This document shows, piece by piece, positions 27,309 to 40,370 of a DNA stretch of 64,000 nt (its first letter is position 1; each line of letters begins with the position of its first letter). Under the pieces are notes generated by a model. That model saw only the letters and a program-made list of their open reading frames with translations, was not told the origin of the DNA and did not search any database. A program made the position numbers and the translations under genes. Origin of the DNA: Eledone cirrhosa (lineage: Eukaryota); NCBI GenBank assembly GCA_964016885.1, contig OZ024741.1, forward strand, positions 95,356,001 to 95,420,000, given 5' to 3'.

Positions 27309-27631
27309 CCCTTTAGCATTTACATTACTCTATATGTACTATTGTATTTTCATGGAAAACACTTTATCTCACATAATTATTGTTTCTACTTTTGGCACAA
27401 GGCGAGCAAAATACCCAGTGTATTACTGGTACTTTATTTTATCGACCCCGTAAGGATGAAACGCAAACAAATCTGACATAATTATCTCACATAATCTCGA
27501 GTCTACGAGATTTTGATGTTATTGTTTATTTTAAGAAGGATATCTTAACATAAGTATGAGTTGCTGGTTACGGCCGGTTTCAAAAGGGGGAACAATTCTG
27601 GCCCGATACATCCTGTTTAAATGCTAAAGGG
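27309..27631. mobile_element. piggyBac-type MITE family 1 carrying a SINE B fragment (~27374-27468)
   Basis: TTAA TSD and TIRs; internal SINE B 3' piece with duplicated ACATAATTAT. Confidence 0.85.
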
Positions 27632-28555
27632 TTAAGGCTGAATCTAGAAGGAAATGGCCCTTATCTTCTGATGAAGTTGTGAGGGCTTTCTGTCTTAACA
27701 CAGTGTCTATTGGACATGTTATACGTGGTCTTATCTCTCTCCAGGTCTGAACATAGACAATTTCTTTCTGAGTGTTTTTCATAATTAAGTTGATTTTTAA
27801 AACATTATACTTAACAAAAATTTCTAAAATAAAATGATAGGTTTTAATATAAGGACAAACATTTTAAAATGAGCATTTTTGTAGCATAAATCCCAAGTAG
27901 TCTAAGGCAGTTTCCCATGCAAAGTTTTGTCTATTGAACATGCTGACTGACTCTTTATTGAAAGAAGAGCTCTGTAGACCACAGATTGGGTATTGCTGAT
28001 TTACTATCACTAGAACTTTCTCCTTCTGTAGGATTTAGTACAAAGAATGAGTCATTCCTTATACATCTGATACTCTGCCCTTTATGTTGCTATGGTTTCA
28101 CTGTTTATATGTAAAAGCAAATTTATAACAACAAAAACAAACCAATAAATACTCTAAAGAAGATCTATAAGAATACCTTCAGCAGGTATTTTACAGGTGG
28201 GGTTTTATTCATACTAAAGAAACCACTCAACTGTAAAATGGTTGTTGAAATATGTATGTTACAGTGTAAAGAACAAAGTGCTTGTATATATCATCATCAT
28301 CATCATCATCATGGTTTTACATCTGCTTTGCCATGCTGGCATGAGTTGAACAGTTTTCTGAGCCAATGTTTTATGGCTGGATGTCCTTCCTGTTGCCTAT
28401 GCTTTTAGTCACCTATTAAGACATGCAGAGACATGGAATATCTACTTTAAAACTGGGATACTGTGATATATATATATATATATATATATAACCCATGCAA
28501 TCGTGGAAGATGGACGTTAAACGATGATGATGATGATGATGATATAAGAAAAAGG

Positions 28556-28775
28556 ATATTTACTTTGTTGGTAATTCAACAAATATAAATGTTTATAACT
28601 AATTCGAAGCACTCGGCAGGTTTTCTGGAGTATAATATTCAATGATATTAAATAAATGGAAACTATATTTATAAAACCATATTTTATATTTCAAGGGTAC
28701 CAAAACTTTGGTACGCTCTCATCAGATAAAATACAAAGTTTGTTTTATAAATATTGACATAACCAGGAAGAAGAT
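28556..28775 (-). mobile_element. Hammerhead-bearing repeat, cleavage site deleted
   Basis: Reverse-complement relative of ~19295-19515; about 11 nt after GAAATATA missing. Confidence 0.75.
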
Positions 28776-28865
28776 CTTAACGCAAAAACTTGAACCGTTA
28801 GGATCTTTCTGGTTATGTCATCATCATCATCATCGTTTAACGTCCATTTTCCATGCTAGCATGAG

Positions 28866-28958
28866 TTATAAAACAAACTTTGTATTTTATCTGATGAGAG
28901 CGTACCAAAGTTTTGGTACCCTTGAAATATATATAATAGAATGAATATGATTTTATAA
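28866..28958 (+). ncRNA. Type I hammerhead ribozyme, second intact copy
   Basis: TATTTTAT CTGATGA (28891-28897) .. GAAA (28924-28927) TATATATA ATAGAATG. Confidence 0.82.
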
Positions 28959-29233
28959 ATATAGTTTCCATTTATTTAATATCATTGTATATATTGATAT
29001 ATATATATATCATCTTCCACGCTAGCATGGGTAGGATTATATATATATATAATCTTACCTATATTTGTATATGTATATGCAACCAGGGAAAAGCGGACGT
29101 AAAATGATGATGATGATGATGATGATGATATGCTAGCGTGGAAGATAGACGTTAAACGATGATGATGATGACATATATATATATATATATACATATGTGT
29201 GTGTGTGTGTGTGTAATATATATAAGATATTAA

Positions 29234-29266
<33 letters not shown>

Positions 29267-29289
29267 TTGTGTGTGTGTGTATGTGTGTG

Positions 29290-29320
<31 letters not shown>

Positions 29321-29429
29321 GTGTGTGTGTATATATATATATATATGTAGATTACTATCTTATAGTATATATATATACACATACATATATGTGTATATAT
29401 ATATATATATCACCATCACCACCACCACC

Positions 29430-29725
29430 ACCACCATCATCATCGTTTTTACGTCTGATTTTCCATGCCTTTGCATGGGTTGCAAGGGTCCTTCTCAGCA
29501 CTGTATCTCTCCACTTGTCGCATTCCTTTGTTATCTCCTCTATGAGTCTCAGCAATATGAGGTCAGCTCTCACAACCTCTGCCCAGGTCTTTTTTTACTT
29601 ACCTTTACTGCGGCTTCCTCCCACTTTGATTTTCCGTCTCTTCTTCACCCAGTGATCATCGTCCATACACATCATATATCCATACCAACAGTCTTCTTTC
29701 CTGCACACCACCTCAGATTCCTCAT
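29430..29725 (-). mobile_element. Decayed RTE 3' fragment
   Basis: MRADLILLRL..DKWRDTVLRRT; RTE tail hairpin and (ATG/GTG)n. Confidence 0.75.
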
Positions 29726-29995
29726 ATATTATTTCTTGAAAAGATAAGATCAAGTAGATTAGAGCAATTGGAGAATCCCTCCTTAAAAAAAAAAAAAAAT
29801 AGAATGATCAAAATTAACACCCACTCTTAATGTGAATGTCTTTTCTGTAAATTTTAACCATTTTGATACTAAATCACTTAAAATGTTTTAATGTCCAGTA
29901 CTGCATGAAACCACATTAACAAGCATTCTTGAAAGGTACGCAACAGCACTATGACTGTATCACAAAATTAGTCTTTACTCTAACCCTAACCTTAA

Positions 29996-30188
29996 CCCTT
30001 TAGCATTTAAACCATCTGTATCCGGCCAGAATTCTCTTACCTCTTTCTGTTCAAATTGGCTATAACTGGCCACTCATACTGATGTTAAGGTATTCTTCTC
30101 AAAATAAATAATATCAAAATCTCATAGATTCAATATTATGTGAGGTAAAATACAAAATTATATATAGAGTAATGTAAATGCTAAAGGG
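29996..30188. mobile_element. piggyBac-type MITE family 1, nested in a TAACCC-containing inverted-repeat element (~29933-30247)
   Basis: TTAA TSD and TIRs; host ends AGGTACGCAACAGCACTATGACTG / CAGTCATAACTATGAGTTTGCACCT. Confidence 0.82.
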
Positions 30189-31238
30189 TTAAACCTAACT
30201 TTAACCCTAAACCTTACCTTTCAGTCATAACTATGAGTTTGCACCTGGAAAGTTCTTATCCGAAGCATGAGCCTGGGCAAGGTGTTCTATAGAAGACCAT
30301 CAGTCACCCATGTAGTCATTACTTTAATAATTTTTCACAACAATCTATCCCCTAGTAAAGATATTATAAACATTTAAGTTAACAAACCCATGTTGAAATA
30401 TTTTTTGCTAAATCATTACTTAGAAAATATCTGTACATCTGAGCTATTGTTGTCACAGCTAGATTGTTGAGTTACCAGATTTTACAAGGATCCCTTTAAC
30501 TGTGTTTTTTTAAACCCCCCCCCCCCCCCTGATTCCATTAACTATAATATAATTATTATAAATGGATTCAAGGTGGATCCCCACCCCCTTTATTTTCAAG
30601 CTTACCACAGTACCTAGCCCCCAATATGAGGTTAAGGGAGTTTATTAAAATGATTTTTGTTTTTGTCCCCTTAAATATTTTTAAAAACTCCCTTTGACAC
30701 TATTAATTACAATTTTATGAATGGTTTCAAGGTATGGATCCCTTTTATTTAAAATAACAAAACAAAACAAAAAAAAACCCTTTTCATAGCACCTAGTCAA
30801 CTAATTTAAGGTTGAGAGAGTTTGGCATACAAATTATTTTTGTAGCACCCCTTAGTTTGTTTTTTTTTAAATTCCCCTTGACCCTATCAACTACAATTTG
30901 ATTGTTATAAATGGATTTTGGGCATAGCTCCCTCCTTTTAATGCTTTTCATATCACCTGGTCAACAATTTAAGGGTACGTACCATGCTCCAGGAAATGTT
31001 TTACACAGTTCTTCTTTTCTTTCTGTCTTCTTTTTTTTCTTCTGTTTTTACCTTCCTTTATTTTCTCTTATTTTTCCTTCCTTTTCTCCTTTTTATTCTT
31101 TACTTCTTCGCCCCCCCCCCCTTTTTGTTTGTTTATCTCTTACCCCCTCCCCCTACTACTAGCCTCAGATTCAAGTATAAAAACCTTCCCTCCATGTTAT
31201 GCAAATCCGTAAATTTTTAGATGTGACCACTCATTTAA

Positions 31239-31312
<74 letters not shown>

Positions 31313-31550
31313 CGCCGATGAATTTGTTTTGCAAGGTTTTTGATATGAAATCGTGTCTCGAAACAAATATTGTTATACTTGGGTAGGGTCATATTGTTGT
31401 AATAATATTACCAGAAATAATAACAGAACACACTCACTGTTTGGTTGGTTTTCGCTTCAGTATCTTTTATATCTCCATAGTTAATTCATTTGGTCCTCAA
31501 TGTTTATCATTGACTGACCAACGGTCAAAAATACAGATATAAATACATAT

Positions 31551-31604
31551 ATAGTCTAACAAAGTTCTTTCGTTGCACATCTGCAACATCATCAGTGGTA
31601 CTAT
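31551..31604 (-). ncRNA. Minimal type I hammerhead variant in Penelope 3' UTR
   Basis: Minus: ATAGT-ACCA CTGATGA t GTTGCA-gatg-TGCAAC GAAA G-aa-C TT TGTT-ag-ACTAT. Confidence 0.68.
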
Positions 31605-31826
31605 TATCTTCCTCCTGTTGTATTGTATGTCTACGCTATTTTTATTTTATCTGTTTATTTATTTATTTATTTTTGTCTTCTCTGCGCATGCGTCTGCATG
31701 GGTGTATAGTGTTTGGTGTGTGTGTTCGCGTTTAGGTTATTGTATTCTATCTATGTTTACTAGTGTGTGTTTATATGTGTTTGTTGTTATTGTGCTTGTG
31801 CATATATTTATTTATTTATTTATTTA

Positions 31827-32863
31827 CTAGCAGCAGTACCCAGCGTTGCCTGGGGAAGTAAAATAATATCTGCTTTGATGAAAAGTTGTTGATCTTAGCA
31901 ACTGTGAGTTTCTTGAAAATCGGTCATAAGGTGTAGCAAATGACGAAATGTTGAGTGAAATCGTATGAAATATGTGGGAGGTGGAAAAAATCGTATTTTG
32001 AAGAGTTAAACAGCTGCCACCGTCCCTGAACAAAAAATGCAAAGTGTAAAGCTACTATAAGATGTGCAATGATAGGTTCTATCAGTTGAACCAAATAAAT
32101 TGATTTATGTGTGAGGTGGAGCCGAAGTTTCGAATTTGAACGAAATCGGTTGAAAAATGTGGGAGCTAATGATAGGTTCTATCGTAGTATAAAAGTTGAA
32201 CCAAATAAATTGTTTTATGTGTGAAGTGGAGCTGAAGTTTCGAATTTGAACGAAATTGGTTGAAAAATGTGGGAGCTAGAGCCGAAAAGGCGGAAATTTG
32301 AGCGAAAAGGTGGTATTTTCAAATATTTAAGCGGCTGCCACGCCGTTCCTGAACAAAAGATCCAAAATGTAAAGCCACTTTAAGACGTGAAATAATCAGA
32401 TCTAGCGTAGTGTAAAATTTGAACAAAGTAGGTTGATTAATGTGGGAGCTAGAGCCGAAAAAGTTGAAATTTGAGTCTAAAAGTGGTATTTTTGAATATT
32501 TAAGCGGCTGCCACGCCGTCCCTGAACAACAAATGCAAAATATAAAGCCATTACAGGATGTGCAATGATAAATTCTATTTTGCTTTAAAATTTGAACGAA
32601 ATCGGTGGCAAAATGTGGGAGCTAGAGCCAAAAATCTTATTTTTCGATACCTAAAAAAAAGGTGACCCCCCATCCCCCTATCGATTTTTATCTGCAGAAT
32701 GACTCCGGAATAAAAAAAACCATACGCTGATATATAGAAAACACTCCCCGATGACTAATCTATGAGCCTGTAAAGTTTCATGAAAATCGGTCGTAAGATG
32801 TAGGCCCCTATAGGTAATACACAGACACACACACACACATACTTAATTTTATATATATACAGA
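31827..32863 (-). mobile_element. Non-autonomous Helitron with internal tandem repeats
   Basis: Minus strand A|TC...CCCAGGCAACGCTGGG hairpin-TACTGCTG-CTAG|T; no TSD; AT target; internal repeats of AATTTGAACGAAATCGG..ATGTGGGAGCTA. Confidence 0.85.
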
Positions 32864-34309
32864 TTTATATTTCTCTTAAGTCAGTATTCTTTGTTTGGGT
32901 GTTGTTATTCCATTCATTTTTTCTGTTTAGCTTTGGCCTTCTAAGCTCTATTTCGCTTGCCTCTCTGATTTGCCTATCTGCTGGGTCATTTCTATGTTTA
33001 GATATTATTTTAATTTCTATGTTGTCTATGTTACCGTCATGCTGTTGTCTCTGGTGTGTTCGTATAGTACTGAACCGTTTTTTCATCCTTTTAATCCCCC
33101 CCCACCCCATGCTTCAAGCTGTTTCGCCTATGTATGTTGGTTGTCATGTTTCTGCAAGTACCCTCTGTACATCTTATGCTATAGACTACATTTCTAGTTT
33201 TACAGTTTATCTGGGGGTTTACTTTACATATAACACATTTCTTATTAGTACAGTGGGTTTTCTTAAAAGGGTAGGTTTTGCTGATCAGGGATTTTATGGT
33301 AGTTCCTGGCTTTTCTACCACTTTAATCTTTAAGTGGCTCTTTCTCAGGGCCTTTCTACACTGGTTAGCTAATTTCCCTCCAGAGGTAGCGTCGACGAAC
33401 ATGACACTCTGGTATCTCTGGTTGTCGTACCATGATGTGGCTTTCCCTATCTTATGTTTAGTCCTTTCTAAGCTATTCCATGATTTGCTCCTGTATAATG
33501 AGCAAATTCCTTTCATGTCCAGTTCTATGAGGGTCTTATACTTCTCCGTGGCTCCTTCGTATACTCTGATTCTTTCTCTTTGGTTGTAGCCAGAGAACTG
33601 CATGCGGTTGATGAAGTGTTGGATGTGTCTTTCCATTTCTGTTGGGTCGCACATGCGGGACACGTTCTTCATCACTCGTACCAAGTCTGCGATCAGAATA
33701 TTAAACTTACACTACTGGACATTGCTGAGTTTTTGAGTAACAGGTATTTGGAGGCCATGGGTTTAGCGTAGTGTGAGTGGAGAATTTGGGCCCTCTCGTC
33801 TATAGTGTTAATCCAGAGTTCCGTGTCTAATACAGGTAGTCTATTGTTAGGATGTTTGGAAGGGCAGTCGATAGTTACAGTTATACTCTGGTGTATGGAG
33901 TTAACTATCTGCTGGATGCTTTCCATTGTGCTATATATATATATAATCATTATCATAATTTTTCCCTGCCTGCAAGGTATGGATAGGTTGTCACAGACTA
34001 TGTCGGTACTCAAAGCTACTGACCTCTCAGATGGAGTGAGGAGAAGATGCCTGCATCTTGCTTATGTATGTTCCCACACTCTACAGAATGCACTGGATGC
34101 GTTTAATCATCACTAAGTACACTTGGTGCATTTTATCGTGATGTGTGCGTGCATAATTATAATAATAGTAATTGTTATTATTGGTGCCTGTTTACTTAAA
34201 AATGTTGGTTTATCAAAACAATATATATATCATATAACAATAAACATCATCAATATATACATATATACACACACATACCATATATACACACATACCATAC
34301 ATATATATA

Positions 34310-34389
34310 TAGTAGAAATAGAAGCTTTTGTCGTATTTTTGACTAAGTTTCTTTAGTCAAAAATATGGCAAAAACATCTATTTCTACTA
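34310..34389. repeat. 80-nt near-perfect hairpin
   Basis: TAGTAGAAATAGA..TTTTGTCGTATTTTTGACTAA-gtttct-TTAGTCAAAAATATGGCAAAA..TCTATTTCTACTA. Confidence 0.85.
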
Positions 34390-34426
34390 AATTTCAAACT
34401 TTGCTCACTGTTTCCAAACAAACCTG

Positions 34427-34489
<63 letters not shown>

Positions 34490-34980
34490 GAAATTTTATT
34501 GAGTAAATTGAAGGTACAATTTCTTACAGTTACTGACCAATTTCTTCCCTGTCGATGATCTTTGTACTCTAAGAAGATTCTTAACAGAGGTGAGCTTGAC
34601 AGTAAGAAATTGCATTTCAATTCTCTCCTAATAAGAAATAATATATACTCTGTGCATATCTTCAAGGTGTGCTAATATGTAGTATTATATGTGAGAGAGA
34701 GAGAGTGGGGGTTTGTGTGTGTTGTAGAGTGAAAAGTAATTAAACTTTGCAAACCTATTCAACCAGTAACAGTCATAAATAGATGAAATATTTGCTTTCA
34801 AGGTGCCATTAGGTTTTCTTAAAGTTTGTTTTATGTTTATTTAGGGTTGAAATGAATAACCTAACTTAAAAAAGAGGCAGAGAGTGGGGGCAATATAAGA
34901 AAGCTGTACATAGTTGAGTGATTACTTGTAAGGGCAATTTAGGCTACTTCAGTTAGAATTAAATATAAGGATAGGTTTAA

Positions 34981-35425
34981 CACTTTTGATACCAAACCAA
35001 CTGAAACTGCCCCTGCTTCTATGATACAAAACTGTTTATTTTAAAGTAGTTGTATTTATTTATGAATCTTCAATCATAATTTTATGTAGGAACCTATAAG
35101 TTATGTTCCAAACACTAGTTTCACCCTTTAGCATTTAAACTGGCTGTACCCAGCCAGAATTCTCTCACCTCTTTCTGTTCAAACTGGCTATAACCAGCTG
35201 CTCATACTAATGTTAAGGTATTGTTTGCAAAATGAATATTATCAAAATCTTATGTGAGGTAAAGCCTTTAATGTGAAAATATAATAGTAAATATAGAGTA
35301 ATGCTAAAGGGTTAATAATGAGAAAGTTAGTTATATTTCTAAATCTCTCCAAATTCTTTATTATTTTCAAAATTATTTGAAAATCACAGGCTGTGTCGTT
35401 CATTAGAAATATGGTAAGCAAATGA
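34981..35425. mobile_element. TTAA-flanked MITE family 2 (CCCTTTTGATACC-type ends) with nested family 1 MITE at 35124-35311
   Basis: Related decayed copies near 4670, 5520, 37040-37546, 37917-38345, 40710-40953, 55417, 55958 and 61090. Confidence 0.72.
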
Positions 35426-36825
35426 TTAATAAATAGATTATGTGAACACATTCCCCTTCATTCTGTTTGGCTGTGTAGTTAAGAAATTTTCTTTGCAACT
35501 ACATTGTTTCAAGTTCAACCCCACTGTGGAGCGCATTGGCCAAATCTGATGTGTGTAATTTAAGGGGGATTTGGCTGCTATTTCTTGCAAATCAAGTGAC
35601 CACATAGAGGCAGTGTAGTTTCTTTATCATGTTGGGAGGTGGATTAACAGTGTTTATGGTTGTTGTTATTGTTACTATGATAAAATGTGGGGTATTAGAA
35701 GAGGAAAATAAACATGTTGAGTAAACTCGTGGTTGATGTTTGGTGGATCAAATGAAAGGAGCCAATTATTAGATCAGATCAAGGAAACTGTTTCCTATGC
35801 TCTTTCCATTGCTGATACTATGTCAGTCTCAACACAACACAGCTGAATGTCATCGCAAACTCTTTAACAATTCTGCTAATCCACCACCACTCCCTAGACT
35901 GGTACTTTATGCATTGACCCCTGAAATAATGAAAAGCATAGTTGACCTCAGTGGGATTTGAAAACTGCACAGAAACAAATACCAAGGTTTTTAATCCAGC
36001 TCTCAAATGACTCTGCCAACTGGTAAATAACAATAACAACAACAAATCTTAAAATGTTATTGCTCTGGACTCAAGTTACCTGCATCAGAAATACATATAA
36101 AAATCCCATACTGCTGATGATGATAATGACAAGAAATATGTGTATAGTGTAGCCTTTTTCTTCGTAATGCAGTTTCTGGTTCCCAACTGAGGTTTTAATG
36201 AAAATATCTTAGTGTCCAAACAATAAGAAAAGCTCTTGTTTTCTTAATTCTATTTTGGTCTGAATTAATTAATCAAAGAACTTGCTGATTAGATAATCCC
36301 CAAAATGGTTAGAAGTTTGACAACTTTTTGTTTTGTTTTACAAAAACAACTTAACTGTGTCTGTCTGTGTGTCTGTGTTTTTTTGTCTCTATGTCTGTGC
36401 CATTGCTTTTGTGTGTGTTTGTGCATATGACGTATTAGAGAGAGAAAGAGAGAGGTGATAGGAAAAGAGATAAAACTACACACACACACACATACAAGAA
36501 AAGGGAATTGAACAACATGTGTGTAATACATTACAGAAGTGTGTGAAACACACTGCGGTTTTGCTCATAAACTAGTGTCCTGCTTCCCATTATTTTATTA
36601 GACAAGGATCTATAACTGAGGTTAAAAAGAACAAAACAAAAAGAACAAAAAACAAACAGAAAATCTCTTTTTTTTATTTTAAGGATTTTTTTCTTAAAGA
36701 TTATTCTTATAAAAATTATAATTTTCAGAATTTTCAGGACTAACAACAATATTTATGAGAGAAAACTTATTGACCCATAGTCTAGTAGTAAATATTGTTT
36801 ATACACACTCTTTAAAAATGGAATA

Positions 36826-37452
36826 ACAATTTCTAGTATAGGCACAAGGTCAGATATTTTGTGGGCAAGAAGAGTCAATTATATTGACACAGTACTTAAC
36901 TGGAACTTTATCAACCCCAGGAGGATGAAAGGAAAAGTTGACCTCAATGGGATTTGAACTCAATATATAGAAAGTTGTAACCAAATATACAAAGCATTTT
37001 GTCCGATGCTCAACTGACACAGCCAACCCACCACGTTAAACCTTTTGATACCAATATCTTAAATATCTAAATTTGTTATATCTTATTAAGGTGTTCACTG
37101 TATATATTAAGCTGTATATATAAGTATGTGTATTTTGTATATCTAGCGATATACAGTATGTTTACGAATAAACTTATTTATTAAAAAAAAAACCTTGAAT
37201 CACAATTTTATTTATGAACCTTAATAATTCTCTATAATGAGGCCAGCAATTTTTTTTCAGGAGAAGGGGATCATGTCCATTATATGGACCCCCATCCCCC
37301 AGTATTTAACTGACACTTTATTTTATTGATCCTGGAAGGATAAAAGGCAGAATTGACCTCAGCAGGATTTAAACTCAGAACGGAGAAAGGCTTAACTAAA
37401 TACTGCAAAGCATTTTGTCCAGTGATCTACTAATATTGCCAATTCCCTGCCC
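36826..37452 (-). mobile_element. Two SINE family B copies (~36826-37035, ~37240-37452)
   Basis: GGATGAAAGG.AAAGTTGACCTC..GGATTTGAACTC motifs. Confidence 0.75.
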
Positions 37453-38676
37453 TACTTCAGCTAATAATAAGAAATGAGTTACTTTACTCAAAATTAAATG
37501 AAAATGATGAGCAGTCTCTTTCATTAGAAATGTGGTACCAAAAGGGTTAAGGCCATTTTCCCTGTTAAAGCAGTGGTTAGATTTGTGAGCGCCAGTGCAT
37601 AGGGTGCTACTTGGGGCATTGTTTTACAACTGGATGCCCTTCCTGGTACCAAACCTCTTACGGCACACAGGGATACAATGTGCCAATTCTAAACTGGATA
37701 CACACAATAAATTAACACTATTACTAATTTTTGACAAAGGTGGGTGTAAGGTCTCTGAAGAGATCCTAACTAGAATTGAAACCAGGTCAGACCAATGTCT
37801 CTTTTTTTCTGTCCACAGAGAGATAATAAAAATATATTTATTTACATTTATCCAACATATTCAATTACTTGTACCATTTACAAAGGTATACCTCCTTAAC
37901 ATATATTTAAAGTTAACCCTTTTGATACTAAATTGCTTGAAACTGCCCCTTGTTCTACAATGTAAAACTTTTTAAATTTTTGTTTATCTAAAAACCTTCT
38001 ATCATGTAAGAACCTTTGTTAAATTGTGAAGGCAATTACAGTTGTAAGTTCAATTCCTGAATTGGGTAGCACATTCTGTTCTTGGGCAAGACATTTAATT
38101 TCACATTGCTTTTTATGATAAGACAATGGCCACTATCATTAAAACACCCCAGAAACCTCCTTTGTGATGCAATCTCATAGGTTGCATAAATAGCTAAATC
38201 TGCATTTTTTCTTTGTTAAATTATGCTTTGAAAACCAGCGACATAATGAGAAATATATTACTAAATCCCTCCAACTTCTTTATTTTCAAAATGATTTCAA
38301 AATCATAGGCGGTGTTTTTCACTTGAAATATGATAATGAAAAGGTTAAAATGTCAACAAAATTATCCTCCTATTTACAACCCAGCTCAGATATTTCAATT
38401 TTTTTTTTTTCCAGAAAATTGATTGTTATTCTTAAGAAATTCTTTTAAAGTGACAATTCATCTGTTTTCTTTTCTAAAACATTCCTGTGAACCACAAAAA
38501 GCATTTTTTTAAATAGAAATAAGCAAAACTGATATACTTGCATATTTGATTTTAAAGCACTCATGCATGTGTATGTGTGAACTAACAGAACACTCCCAGA
38601 TACAAGCTACAAGATACTAATGTAATATATCTCAAAACATACTAGCAGGAACAATCAACGTTAAATGATGACACAC

Positions 38677-38752
<76 letters not shown>

Positions 38753-39894
38753 TTATTGCATATAAACATATTGTGGTTTCCATATACAATAATCAAGTGG
38801 GAAGTAAAAAAATAAATAGAACTTGCATTAGATTCAAATTCAATATGTAATACATTGAAAAATATATATGACAAACAATTTATTCAAATGGGTACCAGTT
38901 GTACTTGAATATAAGCAACCCCTTTATTTTATGTCTGAGAAATGGGCAAAAATCTAACCCTGTTTATAAGCCCAGGTAGTTAATCAACACATGTTTAGGT
39001 GGTGTGGAATTTTTAATATTTTGATGTTTAAAATGTTTTAAGTGTTGTTTAGACAACTCCATTACATAGTGCTTTTTTTTACCATTTCATCAGTTTATAG
39101 TTTCATCAAGTTTCTCGAATTTTTGTTTACTTCCGGCCTCTCATATGCTGGGAGTAGTTGAAAGTAAAAGATTGAATAAGAGAACATTATATTGCGATAC
39201 ATAGAGTAGAAGAGGTAGGGAGAGGTTGAATGAGAAAAAGAGAGTGAGAGCAATAAAATATAAGTGAGAAGTAAGATTTCAATCTTACGTAAGATTGAAA
39301 GTAAAGGTATTATTAAGTCAAAGGAAAACAGTCAGTGTGTGACTGTAGGCAACTAAATGGGATATTTATATATTAAAAAGTTCAAATTATAAAAATTTGT
39401 TGAAATTATTTTTAAGGGAATACATAAATAACATTAATGATAATGTTGTTAAAAAAAAAAAAAATTGCAGACAGTGTTTCATTGTAAAATAATCACTCCA
39501 AATATTTTAGCACCTTATTTAGATAGAATTTGAAGTTGGTGAAAATTGGCAAAATATTGACCTCAAATTAAAATTGACTCCTCATTTTACAATCGATTTT
39601 TTGGGGGGTTTTGTCACATACTTCTCAGCTTATATTGTTTTGTTTATCGTGACATGAGTTCAAATGATCTTCTTTCAGCAAGCTTCAACTATAGACTGAA
39701 ATGAAAGATTGAATTGAAACAAATTTGAGTGTCATACTTTCAACAATCTTAAACATAGAATGAAATAGATACAGTCATAATCTTTAGCATAAGAACACAA
39801 TGTTGTGAAGATCTTTGAATTTATGCTACAAAATAGAAATTAGAACATTTATAAAATGTGGAATTTACCCAAGTCTTGCTAGTAATAATAATAA

Positions 39895-40370
39895 TAGTTT
39901 CTAACTTTGACACAATTCCAGCAATTTTGGCAGGAAGGGAAAGTTAGTTTTATTGACCCCAGTACTTTACTGGTATTTTATTTCATTGACTCCAGAAAGA
40001 TGAAAGGAAAAGTTGACTTTTGTAGGATTTGAACTCAGAACATAAAAGGACGTAACTAAATACCACAGAGTTTTTCGTTCAATGCTTTAATAATTGTGCC
40101 AATCTACAACAACAACAACAACAACAACAATAATAATAATAATAATAATAATGGTTTTTGATTTAAACACAAGGCCAACAATTTTGTGGGGAGGGGAAAG
40201 TCAATTAAATCGACCCCAGTGCATTACTGGTACTTTATTTTATCGACCCTGTAAGGATGAAAGGCAAAGTTAACCTCAGCAGGATTTGAACTCAGAATGT
40301 AAAGGGCCGTAACTCTTTGCCACTAAGCATGTTGTTCGATGCTCTACCAATTCTGTCAATTCACCACCTT
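39895..40370 (-). mobile_element. Two adjacent SINE family B copies separated by (AAC)n(AAT)n
   Basis: Same diagnostic body and tRNA head on the minus strand. Confidence 0.82.

Larger units (their letters stand above)
31370..33930 (-). mobile_element. 5'-truncated Penelope-like element interrupted by a Helitron
   Basis: RT thumb RLPVLDTELW..HSHYAKPMAS..MQFSGYN, C..C..C..NCKTRNVVYSIRC, YIGET and RQIREASEI..PKLNRKNEW; frameshifted; 3' UTR resumes below 31826. Confidence 0.88.

Noticed and set aside
29980-30215. TAACCC motifs as interstitial telomere
   Set aside because: Only a few degenerate units, located inside an inverted-repeat element.
31311-31365. CCGATGA..GAAATCGTGTC
   Set aside because: Stem II and the cleavage triplet do not fit the hammerhead consensus.
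31900-32640. Regularly recurring ATGTGGGAGCTA repeats resembling a CRISPR array
   Set aside because: Eukaryotic context, spacers homologous to each other, inside a Helitron, no cas genes.
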